Assembly (NCBI GenBank): GCA_040900055.1
Contig: JBBDZU010000002.1
Location: 18,425-82,424, forward strand
Length of the DNA: 64,000 bases
Source of the DNA: Candidatus Saccharimonadales bacterium
GTDB lineage: Bacteria > Patescibacteriota > Saccharimonadia > Saccharimonadales > UBA10212
Reading direction: 5' to 3'
In this document: positions 1 to 9,407 of the stretch, one piece after another
Position numbering within the stretch: position 1 is the first letter of the stretch
Layout: each line of letters opens with the position of its first letter
Position numbers and translations under genes: made by a program
The notes under the pieces: model-generated
The model's input: the letters and a program-made list of their open reading frames with translations, nothing else
What the model was told of the DNA's origin: nothing
Database searches by the model: none

Positions 1-175
1 CACTGATAGCAAAGGTTAGGCCGATTAAAGCCGCTAGCCCGGCTAACGCTACGGCGTAAATCCCAATCAACCCAATCGGATGGCGATATATCACCGTTAC
101 CAAATGTTCACCAGGTTCAATTAGACCTAAGTTTGATCTTGTACTCCCCACAGAGACCGGTTTTTCTTCAGGCAT
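1..175 (-). CDS. partial CDS (first 58 codons; continues past the window start): membrane protein, possibly bPH/DUF304 (YdbT-like)
   Basis: Absent from the ORF track because it runs off the window. ATG at 175-173 is preceded by GGAG on the reverse strand. Translation MPEEKPVSVGSTRSNLGLIEPGEHLVTVIYRHPIGLIGIYAVALAGLAALIGLTFAIS stays open to position 1. A hydrophobic helix follows RHPIGL. Confidence 0.4.
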   Translation of the reverse strand, partial: MPEEKPVSVGSTRSNLGLIEPGEHLVTVIYRHPIGLIGIYAVALAGLAALIGLTFAIS

Positions 176-183
176 AACTCTCC

Positions 184-1215
184 TTACAAAAGGCTAGGTT
201 GGTTTTGGGCTTTCGTCTTGCGCTTACCAAGATGATCATAAGCCCTAGGTGTAACTTTACGGCCTCGCGGCGTGCGCTCTAGCAGGCCAATCTGCATAAG
301 GTATGGCTCGTAGAAATCTTCAATCGTAGAACGCTCTTCGCTAGTAAGCGCCGATAGGGTTTCCACACCAACCGGGCCGCCGCCGTGGTGGTCAATAATT
401 ACGCTTAGCAAATGCCGGTCGGCCGGCTCCAGTCCCAGATTGTCAATTTCCAGTAAGCCCAAAGCCTCTTTGGCTAGCTTTTGCTCGATAATGCCATCAC
501 CGTTCATGTCGGCGTAGTCACGTACTCGCTTAAGCAGACGGTTGGCGATGCGCGGCGTTAGCCTAGCGCGGCCAGCCAGCAATTTGGCGGCCTCATCGTC
601 AATTGGCACTTTTAAGATTCCGGCCGAACGTTTGATAATTTTGGTAATTTCATCGGGGTTATAAAATTCCAGGCGGTGGATAATGCCAAAACGGTCACGC
701 AGTGGTGCCGCCAGTGCCCCAGTTCGGGTAGTCGCCCCAATAATCGTAAACTTTGGTAAATCTAGCCGCAACGACCTGGCACTGGGACCTTTGCCTAGCA
801 TAATGTCGAGCTTAAAATCTTCCATGGCTTGGTAAAGTACTTCTTCAACCACCCGGGCCAATCGGTGGATTTCGTCAATAAATAAAATATCGCCATCGGC
901 CAAGTTAGTTAATAGGCTGGCCAAGTCGCCGGCTCGCTCAACAGCCGGCCCGGAAGTTATTTTAATTTGGGCGCCCATTTCATTAGCAATAACAGTTGCC
1001 ATAGTGGTTTTGCCAAGCCCTGGCGGCCCATAAAGCAAAATATGATCCATTGGTTCTGAACGTTTTTTAGCGGCCCCAATGGCTAGTTTTAAATTTTTCT
1101 TTAAGCGTTCTTGGCCAACATAGCTTTTAAAGTCTTGTGGCCTAAGGGTCTGCTCAAATTCAACGTCTGCCGGATCGTCCGTACCAGCCTCGTTAATGAT
1201 TCTTTCAACCGCCAT
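184..1215 (-). CDS. ruvB: Holliday junction branch-migration helicase RuvB
   Basis: 343 aa. Walker [10 protein letters not shown], Walker B LFIDEIHR, and typical RuvB N- and C-terminal regions. Confidence 0.95.
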   Translation of the reverse strand: MAVERIINEAGTDDPADVEFEQTLRPQDFKSYVGQERLKKNLKLAIGAAKKRSEPMDHILLYGPPGLGKTTMATVIANEMGAQIKITSGPAVERAGDLASLLTNLADGDILFIDEIHRLARVVEEVLYQAMEDFKLDIMLGKGPSARSLRLDLPKFTIIGATTRTGALAAPLRDRFGIIHRLEFYNPDEITKIIKRSAGILKVPIDDEAAKLLAGRARLTPRIANRLLKRVRDYADMNGDGIIEQKLAKEALGLLEIDNLGLEPADRHLLSVIIDHHGGGPVGVETLSALTSEERSTIEDFYEPYLMQIGLLERTPRGRKVTPRAYDHLGKRKTKAQNQPSLL

Positions 1216-1227
1216 AGCTACATTCTA

Positions 1228-3099
1228 TCAGTAGAGGGCAGCCTCTTTAGGCATCTTGGAGCCTTGCAATATTTTGACTACTGCTTCGGCTTCCAGCGTT
1301 TCTTTTTCCAAGAGAGCTTTTTTAAGCTGTTCTAGTTTAGACATATTGGCCTTAACGACTGCTCGGGCCCGGATGGTGGCCTCGGTAATTAGGGCCTCCA
1401 CCTCCTCATCAATAACCTTGGCTGTTTCGTCGGAATATTGCCGTTCATGGACCAAACGTTCTAGCATCATGCCCTCATCGACATGGAAAACTTGGTTGCG
1501 CAGTTTTTTACCCATGCCTTGGTTAACGACCATCTCGCGGGCCAGTTCGGCAGCTTTTTGCAAATCGGAGCCGGCGCCGGTTGTCACTCGGTCAGGCCCG
1601 TAAACTAGCTCTTCGGCTACTCGTCCACCCAGCATGCGTGCTAAAACATCTTTAAACTCGATAATGCTATGAAAGCTTTTGTCTTCGGGCGGGATAAACC
1701 AAGTCACACCGCCTGTCGGGCCGCGCTGGATGATGGTTACTTTATGGACCATGTCACTATCTGGCAGCACATGTCCCACTACGGCATGCCCGGCTTCGTG
1801 ATAAGCAGTTAGTTCTTTTTCTTTGTCGTTTAGGATCTTGCTTTTACGTTCGGGGCCAATGGCTACCTTTTCAAAAGCCGCTACGACGTCTTCGTTCTCA
1901 ATAACTTTACGGTTGTGCCGCGCAGCTACAATCGCGGCTTCGTTCGCAATATTGGCTAGATCGGCTCCGCTTGAGCCAGCGCTTTTAGCCGCCAGCGACT
2001 CTAAATCCACCTCTTTACTTATTGGCTTCTCGCTAAAATGTATCTTCAAGATAGCCAGCCGGTCTTTGCGGTCTGGCAAATCGATATTTACCCGCCGGTC
2101 AAAACGACCGGGGCGCAGCAGCGCCGGATCCAGCACATCGGATCGGTTAGTGGCCGCCAGTACAATGACGTTTTGCCCCTGTTCAAAGCCATCCATCTCG
2201 ACCAATATCTGATTTAAGGTTTGTTCGCGTTCATCGTGGCCGCCGCCCATGCCGCTGCCTCGGCGGCGGCCAACGGCGTCAATTTCGTCGATAAAAATAA
2301 TGCAAGGGGCGTTTTTCTTAGCCTTATTAAACAGATCCCTTACTCGGCTAGCCCCTACCCCGACAAACATCTCCACAAACTCCGAACCGGATATTGAGAA
2401 AAATGGCGCATTGGCTTCACCGGCGACAGCCCGAGCCAGCAGAGTTTTACCGGTGCCGGGCTGTCCCACCAGCAGTACGCCCTTAGGGATGCGTGCCCCT
2501 ACACCCTCAAACTTTTTGGGGTACTTTAAAAATTCGACAACCTCTTCTAGGTCCTGTTTGGCTTCTTCGTTGCCAGCAATTTCTTTAAAAGTAATTTTAC
2601 CCTTGTCACTACCGTAAAGCCGAGCCCGGCTTTTGCCAAAACTTAAAGCTTGCTGGCCCTGTCCCTGGGCACTTCTAAACATCAAAATCAAGATAAAGGC
2701 AATAATTAGCACCGGAAGCACGCTGCTAATTAGGGTTATCCAAATACTGCCTTCTTTAGAGCTTGGTTTATTTTCAATTGTGACCTTACCAGGTTGAAGC
2801 CCCTGCTCGTAAACCGTGGCGCCATCTTCTTTAAAAGACCGCAGGGTCGGTTCTTCTTTGCCCTTAGGAGTAATTTCTAGCTCATTACCCTTTAAAGTAA
2901 TTTTGCTAATTTTGCCGCTGTTAGCGTCGTTAATAACTTGCGATATCGGAACTTCTTTTAAAGGGCTGGGCTGGTTAAAGGCCGCGAAGCCAATTAAACC
3001 AAAAAGGACTAGTAAGATTATAAAACCGGCATTTTTAAAGCGGTTAGAACCTCCCTCACCACCTCTGGGACCACCGAGGCTAAACGGTTTTTTATCCAT
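1228..3099 (-). CDS. ftsH: ATP-dependent zinc metalloprotease FtsH
   Basis: 623 aa. N-terminal TM helices, AAA+ Walker [10 protein letters not shown], Walker B IIFIDEID, zinc motif HEAGHAV. Confidence 0.95.
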   Translation of the reverse strand: MDKKPFSLGGPRGGEGGSNRFKNAGFIILLVLFGLIGFAAFNQPSPLKEVPISQVINDANSGKISKITLKGNELEITPKGKEEPTLRSFKEDGATVYEQGLQPGKVTIENKPSSKEGSIWITLISSVLPVLIIAFILILMFRSAQGQGQQALSFGKSRARLYGSDKGKITFKEIAGNEEAKQDLEEVVEFLKYPKKFEGVGARIPKGVLLVGQPGTGKTLLARAVAGEANAPFFSISGSEFVEMFVGVGASRVRDLFNKAKKNAPCIIFIDEIDAVGRRRGSGMGGGHDEREQTLNQILVEMDGFEQGQNVIVLAATNRSDVLDPALLRPGRFDRRVNIDLPDRKDRLAILKIHFSEKPISKEVDLESLAAKSAGSSGADLANIANEAAIVAARHNRKVIENEDVVAAFEKVAIGPERKSKILNDKEKELTAYHEAGHAVVGHVLPDSDMVHKVTIIQRGPTGGVTWFIPPEDKSFHSIIEFKDVLARMLGGRVAEELVYGPDRVTTGAGSDLQKAAELAREMVVNQGMGKKLRNQVFHVDEGMMLERLVHERQYSDETAKVIDEEVEALITEATIRARAVVKANMSKLEQLKKALLEKETLEAEAVVKILQGSKMPKEAALY

Positions 3100-3124
3100 A
3101 CCAAACTATTATATCAGGCGAAGC

Positions 3125-4006
3125 TCAAGGTGTTTTAATCTTGGCAAATTTAGCCCCAATAGATAAAAAGGCTTTACCTTTAATCGGGTATCTGCTGGGG
3201 ACTGAGGCAGTTTTTAGATGAACCGTAAGTCTGTCTACCGTTTGCCTATCGTACGCAAGAGCTTTTTCTCTTAGCCAATAGATAACCAGCTCATTAGCCA
3301 CATCTGTGGGCAGAGCAGAGAATTTCTGACGGTCGATAAGGCTATTTTTAGCTATTTTATGAGATATTGTCGCAATTGTTATATTAAGTTCCTCATCGAT
3401 TTTTGCGACTTTTTCGATATTATTTAGGATCTTTTGCTTATCTTCAGTCCCTAGCCCTAAGCTTCGCAACCGATTTCGGAGATATTTTTCATCTGTATTA
3501 GTGATGTCTTCCTGCCATTTAAGCTTGTGGGTTTTGGCATATTTGAGCAAATCGGCCTTAGGAACATTAATAAGTGGCCTCTTCACATTTGGGTTTCGCA
3601 AAATTGCTACTAATCCACGCCAGCCGCTGCCTCTTAAAGTATTAAGCAGGGCTGTTTCAACTAAATCGTCCTGATGGTGGGCCGTAATAATCGCCCTGGC
3701 CTGATATTTGTGCTTAACCTGAATAAGATACTGATAACGGGCGTCCCGCGCTTTTTCTTCACTGGCAGCTTTACCTAACCGAGCTTGGCCGACTTCAACT
3801 TCCAGGCTTGCGGCTCTAGCCGTTTTAACTACTAATTTTTCAGCCGTTTTGGCGGCCGCGCCCTGAATACCATGATTAAAATGAGCAATTACCAGGTCCA
3901 TGTTAGCGTGTTCGGCCTGTTTAGCCAGCAAATCAAGCAGTACCATCGAATCGACGCCGCCGCTCACAGCCACTACATACCGGCCCGCCGGGACATTAAT
4001 TTCCAT
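3125..4006 (-). CDS. tilS: tRNA(Ile)-lysidine synthase TilS (short form)
   Basis: 293 aa. PP-loop SGGVDS near the N-terminus and ITAHHQDD, consistent with TilS. Confidence 0.85.
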   Translation of the reverse strand: MEINVPAGRYVVAVSGGVDSMVLLDLLAKQAEHANMDLVIAHFNHGIQGAAAKTAEKLVVKTARAASLEVEVGQARLGKAASEEKARDARYQYLIQVKHKYQARAIITAHHQDDLVETALLNTLRGSGWRGLVAILRNPNVKRPLINVPKADLLKYAKTHKLKWQEDITNTDEKYLRNRLRSLGLGTEDKQKILNNIEKVAKIDEELNITIATISHKIAKNSLIDRQKFSALPTDVANELVIYWLREKALAYDRQTVDRLTVHLKTASVPSRYPIKGKAFLSIGAKFAKIKTP

Positions 4007-4164
4007 GACTTAATCTTATCCCAAGCCAGCCTAATTACTACTGTTAGATATTTGAAGAAGCCATAGAGGTAGAAGATAAAAGCGACCGCGGTATAAAAAG
4101 CTATCGCCCTAGGTAGCCACCGTCCTTTGATTTATAGTAGATAAGAGCAAAAAAACTAAATAGT

Positions 4165-5382
4165 TTGGCAGTTTCTATGCTTGATACTACTTATGGCCTT
4201 ATTTCGCGAGTCGCCAAGACCTTAAATTTGGACGAAAACCATGTGGCGGGGCTAACTTCAGCCAATCAAGAGCACATTTTCAAAATTTATCTTAAAAATG
4301 GCCAAGCTTTTCCGGCTTATCGGGTTCAGCACAGCAATAAACTTGGCCCGTATAAAGGCGGTATTCGTTTTCATCCAGAAGTTAGCTTGGAAGAAGTCCG
4401 AGCCCTAGCTATTATGATGAGCCTAAAAACGGCCGCCATGGGCTTACCATTAGGCGGCGGCAAGGGCGGCATAACAGTTGACCCAAAGTCGCTCAGTAGT
4501 GCCCAGCTAGAGGAGTTGAGCCGCGCTTACGTTCGTCATTTACAACCTCACATCGGACCAGACAAAGATATCCCAGCCCCCGATGTTAATACCGATCCGG
4601 TAATTATCGACTGGATGGTCGACGAGTACCAAAGACTAACCGGCGACGTAAGCACAGCCAGCTTTACCGGTAAAAGCTTGTCAGCCGGCGGCTCAAAGGG
4701 TCGAGATGCCGCCACCGGCCGGGGCGGCGTTATTGCTCTGGCTAAGCTTTTACAGCTGCAGGGCTCAAATGGCGCAAAGTTAACCTACGCTGTAGAGGGG
4801 TTTGGCAACGTGGGCTCTTATTTTGCGATCGTAGCAAAGCAGCAGCAGCCCGGCTGGAAGTTGGTAGCCGCCAGCGACTCATCGGCGGCGGTTTACAGTA
4901 CTACCGGCCTTGATGCTAAAGGCTTGGCAAATTTCAAATCGGCAGGTGGCCGGTTTGTCGACTACAAAAAAGCGGGAGTTGAAATCATCAGCCATAGCCA
5001 ACTCCTAGCTTTAGAAGTCGATGCTCTGGTTTTAGCGGCTTTGGGCGACAGCCTAAATTCGTCTAACTACCGCCAAGTTAAGGCCAAGTTTATAGTCGAG
5101 CTGGCTAACGGGCCGGTCAGTTTAGAGGCGCTTGATTACTTACAGGCTAAAGGAGTGGTTATTTTGCCAGACCTGGTGGCAAATGCTGGCGGCGTAGTGG
5201 TTAGTTACCTAGAATGGCTGCAAAACAAAAAAGGGCAAAATTGGCCGGAATCTAAAGTTAACACATCGCTAAAGATATATATGGTCAAAGCAGTAGAGGA
5301 TCTTTACAAAACAGCTACCTTCTACAAGGTTCCGCTCAAAGAAGCTGCTTTTATAAACGCCCTAAAAGTCCTGACAAAATAG
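4165..5382 (+). CDS. gdh: Glu/Leu/Phe/Val dehydrogenase family, glutamate dehydrogenase-like
   Basis: 405 aa. Catalytic-Lys motif GGGKGG and dinucleotide-binding EGFGNVG. The track start is TTG 4165; ATG at 4177 is an alternative. Confidence 0.85.
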   Translation: MAVSMLDTTYGLISRVAKTLNLDENHVAGLTSANQEHIFKIYLKNGQAFPAYRVQHSNKLGPYKGGIRFHPEVSLEEVRALAIMMSLKTAAMGLPLGGGKGGITVDPKSLSSAQLEELSRAYVRHLQPHIGPDKDIPAPDVNTDPVIIDWMVDEYQRLTGDVSTASFTGKSLSAGGSKGRDAATGRGGVIALAKLLQLQGSNGAKLTYAVEGFGNVGSYFAIVAKQQQPGWKLVAASDSSAAVYSTTGLDAKGLANFKSAGGRFVDYKKAGVEIISHSQLLALEVDALVLAALGDSLNSSNYRQVKAKFIVELANGPVSLEALDYLQAKGVVILPDLVANAGGVVVSYLEWLQNKKGQNWPESKVNTSLKIYMVKAVEDLYKTATFYKVPLKEAAFINALKVLTK

Positions 5383-5422
5383 CCTCCTAACAGATTAGGT
5401 GCTATACTTTTTTTGCGAATAC

Positions 5423-5499
5423 GGCAGGGTAGCTCAGTTGGTTAGAGCGCAGGACTCATAAGCCTGAGGTCGCGAGTTCAATTCTCGCCCCTGCTACCA
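5423..5499 (+). tRNA. tRNA with anticodon CAT, elongator-Met-like
   Basis: 77-nt cloverleaf read by eye: acceptor GGCAGGG/CCCTGCT, D loop AGTTGGTTA, anticodon loop CTCATAA, T arm GCGAG-TTCAATT-CTCGC, encoded CCA. The D loop matches the E. coli elongator Met type. Confidence 0.85.
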
Positions 5500-5864
5500 T
5501 ATCAAGTTTTCTTATTCGCTTAATATCGCATCTATTTCGTCGAATTGCTCGCCGCCCGGGAGCAATTCATAACCTATATCGGCAGCCATGTTAATTAATC
5601 CTTTTTGTTTTTATTTTTTAGCTTTCCTAAGCTAAATTCTACACGCTGCAAGCATAAGCTGTAAAGAACATTTTTTATCCGCCAGCTGGCGGACTCACTA
5701 CTGGGCTTGCTTAAGAACTGGCTTTCTGCTTAACTACCGGCATAGGAATCTTATCTGTTCTGTTCGTGAAGTGCAGTGGAACCAAAGCTTTTGCTAGGAC
5801 CGGCCTGAACGTAAACCAGACTATAAGGGGTCGTTCCTAGGTAACTAACTAAGTAAGGATACAC

Positions 5865-6137
5865 ATGTACAAACTATTTGTAGGTGGCCTACCCTTTGCT
5901 ACAACTGACGATGAGCTTAAGGAATTATTTTCTGCTCACGGTACAGTTGCATCAGCAAGCGTAGTCCGCGACCGCGACAGCGGCCGCAGCAAGGGCTTTG
6001 GTTTCGTCGAATACGAAAAGGACGAAGAAGGCAAAGCGGCTGAAAAAGCGCTCAACGGCTCAGAAATCGGTGGACGCAGCATTTCGGTAGCCGAAGCCCG
6101 ACCTCGTGAGGACCGACCTCAACGAAACAGCTGGTAA
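5865..6137 (+). CDS. RRM-type RNA-binding protein
   Basis: 90 aa. RNP2 LFVGGL and RNP1 KGFGFVEY. A 365-nt untranslated region lies upstream. Confidence 0.9.
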   Translation: MYKLFVGGLPFATTDDELKELFSAHGTVASASVVRDRDSGRSKGFGFVEYEKDEEGKAAEKALNGSEIGGRSISVAEARPREDRPQRNSW

Positions 6138-6153
6138 TTTTAAACTAGCTTTT

Positions 6154-6184
6154 AAAAAACTCCCCAGGATTGGGGAGTTTTTTG
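6154..6184 (+). terminator. rho-independent terminator of the RRM protein gene
   Basis: AACTCCCCA-ggat-TGGGGAGTT followed by TTTTTT, 17 nt after the stop codon. Confidence 0.8.
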
Positions 6185-6244
6185 ATTGTCTTCTACCATT
6201 GACAAACACTCTGTAACAGATTAGAATACGGTCTCGGTAATCGA

Positions 6245-6319
6245 CGCGGGGTGGAGCAGTAGTAGCTCGCGTGGCTCATAACCACGAGGTCGCAGGTGCA
6301 AATCCTGCCCCCGCTACCA
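6245..6319 (+). tRNA. initiator tRNA-fMet (CAT)
   Basis: Starts CGCGGGGTGGAGCAG like bacterial initiators. Position 1:72 is unpaired (C:U). Anticodon loop CTCATAA, encoded CCA. The T loop reads TGCAAAT (G at position 55). Confidence 0.85.
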
Positions 6320-6350
6320 AGACAGATTTTGACGTTTTTTGTTAGATATT

Positions 6351-6800
6351 TTAGTTTTGGGAGAGGCGCCTGCCTAGTAAAAAATCGCGCCAATCTTGCA
6401 AATTCTTACTAATGCCCTGGCTTTCTTGGCTTTCCAAATCGGTAGCAGCAACTGTTTGGGGCACCGATTTAGGGTCGATGTATTTTAATGCGGTTTCTTT
6501 AGGTATTAATATTACTTTCTCGCCAGGTGCAGCCAAGCCAAAATTTTCCCGTGCCGCTAGTTCTAAATATTGGTCGGTCTCAAAATACTGAGTTTGAAGC
6601 TGGGTGTTTTGATTTTGCAGGTTTAATACAACATTTTCTTGTCTAAGTACCGATATTTGTTTTTGCAGTTCGTAGTTAGTCTGCAAAGTTTTTATACCAC
6701 TCCATGTCATTGCCAGTACAAACAAAACAAAAAGATACAGCCCAATGTTACGCAGGTCGGTAAAGTGTTTAAGTCGGCTGTTATTTAAAAGGTTGGCCAT
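6351..6800 (-). CDS. septum formation initiator family protein (FtsB/DivIC-like)
   Basis: 149 aa. One N-terminal TM helix, then a Gln/Leu-rich coiled coil and the ARENFGL motif typical of FtsB/DivIC. Confidence 0.7.
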   Translation of the reverse strand: MANLLNNSRLKHFTDLRNIGLYLFVLFVLAMTWSGIKTLQTNYELQKQISVLRQENVVLNLQNQNTQLQTQYFETDQYLELAARENFGLAAPGEKVILIPKETALKYIDPKSVPQTVAATDLESQESQGISKNLQDWRDFLLGRRLSQN

Positions 6801-6846
6801 ACCCTAATTATAGCCCACTCATCTGTTATAATTGATTATTGCTCAA

Positions 6847-6922
6847 GGGGGTGTAGCTCAGTGGTTAGAGCAGTCGGCTCATAACCGATTGGCCGTAGGT
6901 TCAATTCCTACCACCCCCACCA
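6847..6922 (+). tRNA. tRNA with anticodon CAT, candidate tRNA-Ile2 (lysidine substrate) or second Met
   Basis: 76-nt cloverleaf: acceptor GGGGGTG/CACCCCC, D loop AGTGGTTA, anticodon loop CTCATAA, T arm GTAGG-TTCAATT-CCTAC, CCA. The D arm and variable loop resemble E. coli tRNA-Ile2, and tilS is in the window. Confidence 0.8.
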
Positions 6923-6948
6923 CGCATCAACTAGGGTGTTTTAGTTTT

Positions 6949-7275
6949 TTAGCTAGCCTTTGGCGGCTTTGGTTTAAAGATCTCTCTGTATCTTTCACGA
7001 ACAATGGGGCGACCAACACCCAATCGCCTCTCGAGCATTTCTTGGGTTATATCATCGCTATCTTCCTGGAGCTTACGCTGGAGCTCCGGATCGCGCTGTG
7101 GGTCATGTGGCGTGTGCCTAATAGGCGCAAGATGCTCTCTATAAAAATCAACGATCGGGCCGATTGCAACCCTTGCAAGAGATCGTATTGTAGGAGCTTG
7201 CTTCTCCGGTTCTGCTTCGTGGGCTTCCGTAACTAGCTTTAAATGTCTATTTGGTCCGTGTTCAAGAAGGGGCAT
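6949..7275 (-). CDS. hypothetical protein
   Basis: 108-aa ORF separated by 1 nt from the upstream 93-aa ORF. Charged, Arg/Glu-rich, no recognisable motif. Preferred over the overlapping plus-strand ORF, which reads through the tRNA. Confidence 0.45.
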   Translation of the reverse strand: MPLLEHGPNRHLKLVTEAHEAEPEKQAPTIRSLARVAIGPIVDFYREHLAPIRHTPHDPQRDPELQRKLQEDSDDITQEMLERRLGVGRPIVRERYREIFKPKPPKAS

Positions 7276-7276
7276 T

Positions 7277-7558
7277 TTAAAGTTCCTCCAGTTTACTTTC
7301 GCGTATAACCCTCAGAGTGTTTTCTGTTCTTTCCTTGGCTCTGGCTGCTTCTTCGGCCTCTCGTTGTGCTTCGGTTGCGGCAAATCCCTCTAATAATAGC
7401 TTTCCGTGCTCTTTGCCAATTATGCGTCTGGCTCTTCCTGGGCCAACCGTTCTCCCAAGAGCTTCGGCTGGACTAGTAATATCAGCTAATGCCCCGTGTA
7501 CTCGGGCTTCTTCTTTAGGAGATAAAGCTAGTGGATCTTTATCTGGTTTTTGGACCAT
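7277..7558 (-). CDS. hypothetical protein
   Basis: 93-aa ORF, charged and Ala/Glu-rich at the C-terminus, with no motif recognised. Its antisense partner 7317..7571 has low-complexity shadow composition. Confidence 0.45.
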   Translation of the reverse strand: MVQKPDKDPLALSPKEEARVHGALADITSPAEALGRTVGPGRARRIIGKEHGKLLLEGFAATEAQREAEEAARAKERTENTLRVIRESKLEEL

Positions 7559-7605
7559 AGTAGCACTATAACACGTTTATGCTTATTTTGCAATAGGCTT
7601 ATGGT

Positions 7606-8184
7606 TTAGACTGATTTTAGGGCTTGTTTGATGCGTTCGGCTGCCGACAGTTTGGCATCCACCCCTTTAAGAGCTTCGGCAGCATCGGCGACCGAATAAC
7701 CAAGAGCCACTAAGCCTTGCAAGGCCTCGTCATTAGGGTCGGCATTTGGCGTAGTCAAAAAGCCGGTAGCTTCATCGCTAGTGGCCAGGCCTACTTTATC
7801 TTTTAAATCTACAACTACTCGCTCGGCCACCCGCTTGCCTACTCCGGGTGCTTGGCTAATAAACTTGGTGTCACCGGAAGCAATAGCTCCCCTAACGTGC
7901 GACAAACTAGCCACACTTAAGATAGCTAAAGCCATTTTGGGCCCCACTCCATTGACGCTCAAAAGTTGCTCAAACAAGACTTTTGCCTCTGGAGTCCTAA
8001 AACCAAACAAGTCGTGAGTATTTTCTCGAACATGATCGTAAATATATAAACTTACGGGTTCTTTGATTTTTATGGCACCGTAATCTTCAAAGCTAACGTA
8101 AACGCCGTAGCCAACCCCCCCAGTTTCTATAACCACCATGCTGGCAAGCTTCTCGGTCACCGTACCTTTTAAGGTAGCTATCAT
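7606..8184 (-). CDS. ruvA: Holliday junction DNA helicase RuvA
   Basis: 192 aa. MIATLKGTV start, helix-hairpin-helix segments GVGPKMA and PGVGKRVAERV. Confidence 0.92.
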   Translation of the reverse strand: MIATLKGTVTEKLASMVVIETGGVGYGVYVSFEDYGAIKIKEPVSLYIYDHVRENTHDLFGFRTPEAKVLFEQLLSVNGVGPKMALAILSVASLSHVRGAIASGDTKFISQAPGVGKRVAERVVVDLKDKVGLATSDEATGFLTTPNADPNDEALQGLVALGYSVADAAEALKGVDAKLSAAERIKQALKSV

Positions 8185-8281
8185 TATCTATAGTTTGACA
8201 TCAGGGGTTCCTACTGGCAAGCTAAGGGGCTTAAAGCGACTCTAGCAACATTTGGTGTATTCCACGTGGTTTTTTTGACTT

Positions 8282-8803
8282 TTAAGACCGCAGGGCTTGA
8301 TGGGTCATGGAGTGGGCTATGGCAGCAGCTAGGGCATCAGCACAGTCGTCTGGCTTAGGGATCTCTGGCAGTTTGAGTAAAACCCGCACCATTTCCTGCA
8401 TTTGCTTTTTTTCAGCGCGGCCGTAGCCAGTAAGAGCCTGCTTAATCTGTAACGGTGTATATTCGGCAATATCCAGCCCCGATTGGCGACCGCAAAGCAG
8501 GACTACGCCACGAGCTTGGGCTACAGTCATGGCAGTGGTAACGTTTTGAGCAAAGAACAATTTCTCGACAGCCATGTCAGTCGGCTTGGTTTGGGCGATA
8601 ATATCTGACAACTCATCGTAAATGGTGCTAAGCCGAACGGCATCGTCTTCTTTGACAGGTGTTCGAATCACTCCCCCGTCAACCAACGAAAGCTTGCTAT
8701 TTTGCACCTCAATTACGCCAAAGCCCAAAATACCGGTGCCGGGGTCAATACCAATAATCCGCTTATTACTCAAGGAGGCTTTCCTCTTCACCGTCGACAA
8801 CAA
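8282..8803 (-). CDS. ruvC: crossover junction endodeoxyribonuclease RuvC
   Basis: The IIGIDPG catalytic Asp region and the C-terminal DAADALA-like motif (DCADALAAAI). The real start is probably TTG at 8773, preceded by GAGGAAAG. Confidence 0.9.
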   Translation of the reverse strand: MLSTVKRKASLSNKRIIGIDPGTGILGFGVIEVQNSKLSLVDGGVIRTPVKEDDAVRLSTIYDELSDIIAQTKPTDMAVEKLFFAQNVTTAMTVAQARGVVLLCGRQSGLDIAEYTPLQIKQALTGYGRAEKKQMQEMVRVLLKLPEIPKPDDCADALAAAIAHSMTHQALRS

Positions 8804-9407
8804 TCACTTGGCCATCCATTAAGGCCCTGTGCGGCAGCTCGTGCATTTCCATGTAACGTACCATGGCTTCGGCTTCGGCGCCGAACCAGTCGGATTTATA
8901 GTGCGGCACAATATAAAAATCAACCAAGCTTAAGCCTTCCCAGATTATTTCGGATGGGTAGCCTTCGGGAACCTCCTTGGGATTGTCGCCAAGCTCTGTG
9001 CCATGTAGGGATGGGGTCGCGCAAATGGCTCCGGCGCTAGAACCACCATAAACTAATTCATCCTCGGTCAAGAATTTCTTAATAATGCTATCAAAGCCGC
9101 TGGCGGCCATAGCCCGGCGCAAAATAAAGGTGTTGCCGCCGCTAACCCAAATGAGTTTATATTTTTTTAGTTCGGCGGCTAGCTTATTGGCCTTACCGAA
9201 ATATTTCCTTAGATCCAACTGCTTGGCCAGAAGGCCGATATGCGCAAACTCGGTGATTCTTTCTTTCGTGTTTTGGTCTCTCTCAATCTTTGACAAGCCG
9301 TCTTTGGCATTGTTGATGACGGCCACTGTGTTTGGCGCCTGTCCCACTAAGTCTAATAAAGCCTCTGGGTGGATGCCGAAATCTTCCGATGATAAAAAAA
9401 GACGCAT
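8766..9407 (-). CDS. peptidase S51 family (dipeptidase E-like)
   Basis: 213 aa. WVSGGNTF and the nucleophile region YGGSSAGA are typical of S51 / type-1 glutamine-amidotransferase-like peptidases. Confidence 0.7.
   Translation of the reverse strand: MRLFLSSEDFGIHPEALLDLVGQAPNTVAVINNAKDGLSKIERDQNTKERITEFAHIGLLAKQLDLRKYFGKANKLAAELKKYKLIWVSGGNTFILRRAMAASGFDSIIKKFLTEDELVYGGSSAGAICATPSLHGTELGDNPKEVPEGYPSEIIWEGLSLVDFYIVPHYKSDWFGAEAEAMVRYMEMHELPHRALMDGQVIVVDGEEESLLE

Noticed and set aside
6193-6393. 66-aa minus-strand ORF
   Set aside because: It lies antisense across the initiator tRNA gene (6245-6319) and overlaps the 3' end of the ftsB-like gene.
6832-7236. 134-aa plus-strand ORF
   Set aside because: It reads through the tRNA gene at 6847-6922. 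The opposite-strand ORF pair gives a more coherent, tightly coupled arrangement.
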